32,511 nucleotides of DNA from positions 1 to 32,511 of the forward strand of contig JBEKZT010000001.1 of NCBI GenBank assembly GCA_049509595.1. The letters are read 5' to 3'. The translations under genes and the position numbers were made by a program. The stretch is from Verrucomicrobiota bacterium (GTDB lineage: Bacteria > Verrucomicrobiota > Verrucomicrobiia > Limisphaerales > UBA11358). The notes under the pieces are model-generated. The model ran no database searches. It saw only the letters and a list, made by a program, of their open reading frames with translations, and was not told where the DNA came from. Numbering within the stretch: the stretch's first letter is position 1; each line of letters begins with the position of its first letter. Below are positions 31,761 through 32,511 of this stretch, one piece after another.

Positions 31761-32511
31761 GCGTTTATTTTTCCTTCCAATTCGCGAATCGCGCGGCCAA
31801 TGGTGTGAAAAGTGATGCGATCGGTTTGCTGGACAAAACCGGCAAGCAACGCCTTGTCGCAGACGGCGTTGATGAGGCGCGGAACGCCGCGGCTGTAACG
31901 GTAGATTCGCCACAGCGCGGGCTGCGTAAAATAGGGAACGCCACGCGCGCCGCAAAGTTCGAGCCGGTGCTGGATGTATTGTCCCATTTCAAAAAAAGTC
32001 AGCGGCATCAGGTGATAACGCACGGTGATGCGCTGGCGTAGTTGACGGAGGCGCGGATTGTTCAGGCGGTCGCGTAATTCCGGCTGCCCCATCAAAACAA
32101 TTTGCAGCAACTTGCGGTCGTCGGTCTCGATGTTCGAGAGTAGGCGGACTTGTTCGAGCAACTCGTCGGTCAAATCCTGAGCTTCGTCAATGATCAGCGC
32201 CGTGTCTTTGCCCTGCCCGGCTTGTTTGAGCAAAAATTCATTGATTGCGGCGACGGTGTCCAACCGGTCGAAACCTTTGACTTTTAGCCCGAATTCCGTC
32301 GCGATGGCTTTCATCAATTCCTCGGCTTTCAAAACCGGGTTCAAAATGAGCGCGGTGGAAAAATGGTCGTCGAGTTGTTCGAGCATGGCGCGGCACATGG
32401 TCGTTTTGCCCGCGCCTACTTCGCCGGTAAGCTGCACAAAACCCTTGCGCTCGCGGAGGCCGTAAAGCAGATGGTTGAGTGCCTCGCGATGCTTCGCACT
32501 ATGAAAAAGCA
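31757..32511 (-). CDS. ExeA/GspA/MshM-like AAA+ ATPase, 5' end outside the window
   Basis: The reading frame stays open to the window edge. Hand translation upstream of the track start gives ...LFHSAKHREALNHLLYGLRERKGFVQLTGEVGAGKTT. Walker A is GEVGAGKT and Walker B is ALIIDEAQDL. The protein ends right after the ATPase domain, with no peptidoglycan-binding extension. Confidence 0.85.
   Translation of the reverse strand, partial: LFHSAKHREALNHLLYGLRERKGFVQLTGEVGAGKTTMCRAMLEQLDDHFSTALILNPVLKAEELMKAIATEFGLKVKGFDRLDTVAAINEFLLKQAGQGKDTALIIDEAQDLTDELLEQVRLLSNIETDDRKLLQIVLMGQPELRDRLNNPRLRQLRQRITVRYHLMPLTFFEMGQYIQHRLELCGARGVPYFTQPALWRIYRYSRGVPRLINAVCDKALLAGFVQQTDRITFHTIGRAIRELEGKINA

Noticed and set aside
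1-32511. Window-wide scan for CRISPR arrays, tRNA/rRNA/tmRNA-like sequences, transposases, integrases, phage genes and classical defence or toxin-antitoxin pairs
   Set aside because: I saw no regularly spaced direct repeats and no T-loop/acceptor-stem candidates in the intergenic gaps. No DDE, tyrosine or serine recombinase motifs appeared in any ORF. The scan was done by eye only, so a tRNAscan/Infernal/Rfam run is needed for certainty.

Overview
This 32.5-kb window is a gene-dense chromosomal segment of a diderm bacterium. Sparse Shine-Dalgarno use and a CACAGAG-type palindromic repeat suggest a PVC/Verrucomicrobia-like genome, but that is inference only. I found no rRNA, tRNA, CRISPR array, transposase or integrase. 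From left to right: (1) a five-gene minus-strand efflux operon, TetR - RND adaptor - RND pump - EmrA-like adaptor - EmrB-like MFS pump. (2) An AT-richer orphan membrane-protein gene. (3) A livJ-HMGF-type branched-chain amino-acid ABC importer, with a roughly 29-bp-stem palindromic element between livG and livF. (4) A TauE/SafE permease. (5) rplM-rpsI with a clean intrinsic terminator. (6) argC - SAM methyltransferase - argJ. (7) A minus-strand string GH5 glycosidase - ilvN - MIP channel - arsC - ilvC - secreted Gly/Asn-rich protein. (8) infA, a fatty-acid-hydroxylase-family membrane protein, a VOC protein and a double-CDGSH Fe-S protein. (9) A cluster of small envelope proteins, an output-less response-regulator receiver and a coiled-coil membrane protein. 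(10) A tightly packed minus-strand string: ExeA-like AAA ATPase (5' end off-window) - GspB-like protein - CPBP protease - small membrane protein with an HPCCLC motif - outer-membrane beta-barrel with predicted mature N-terminus CACGCG - SCO1/SenC - truncated domain protein. The best candidate for an undescribed system is the Cys-rich three-gene envelope module at 28326-30486. Secondary leads are the aquaporin-arsC pair embedded in the ilv cluster, the livG/livF palindromic element and the ExeA/GspB/CPBP trio. All functional calls rest on motif recognition by eye; no database searches were run.
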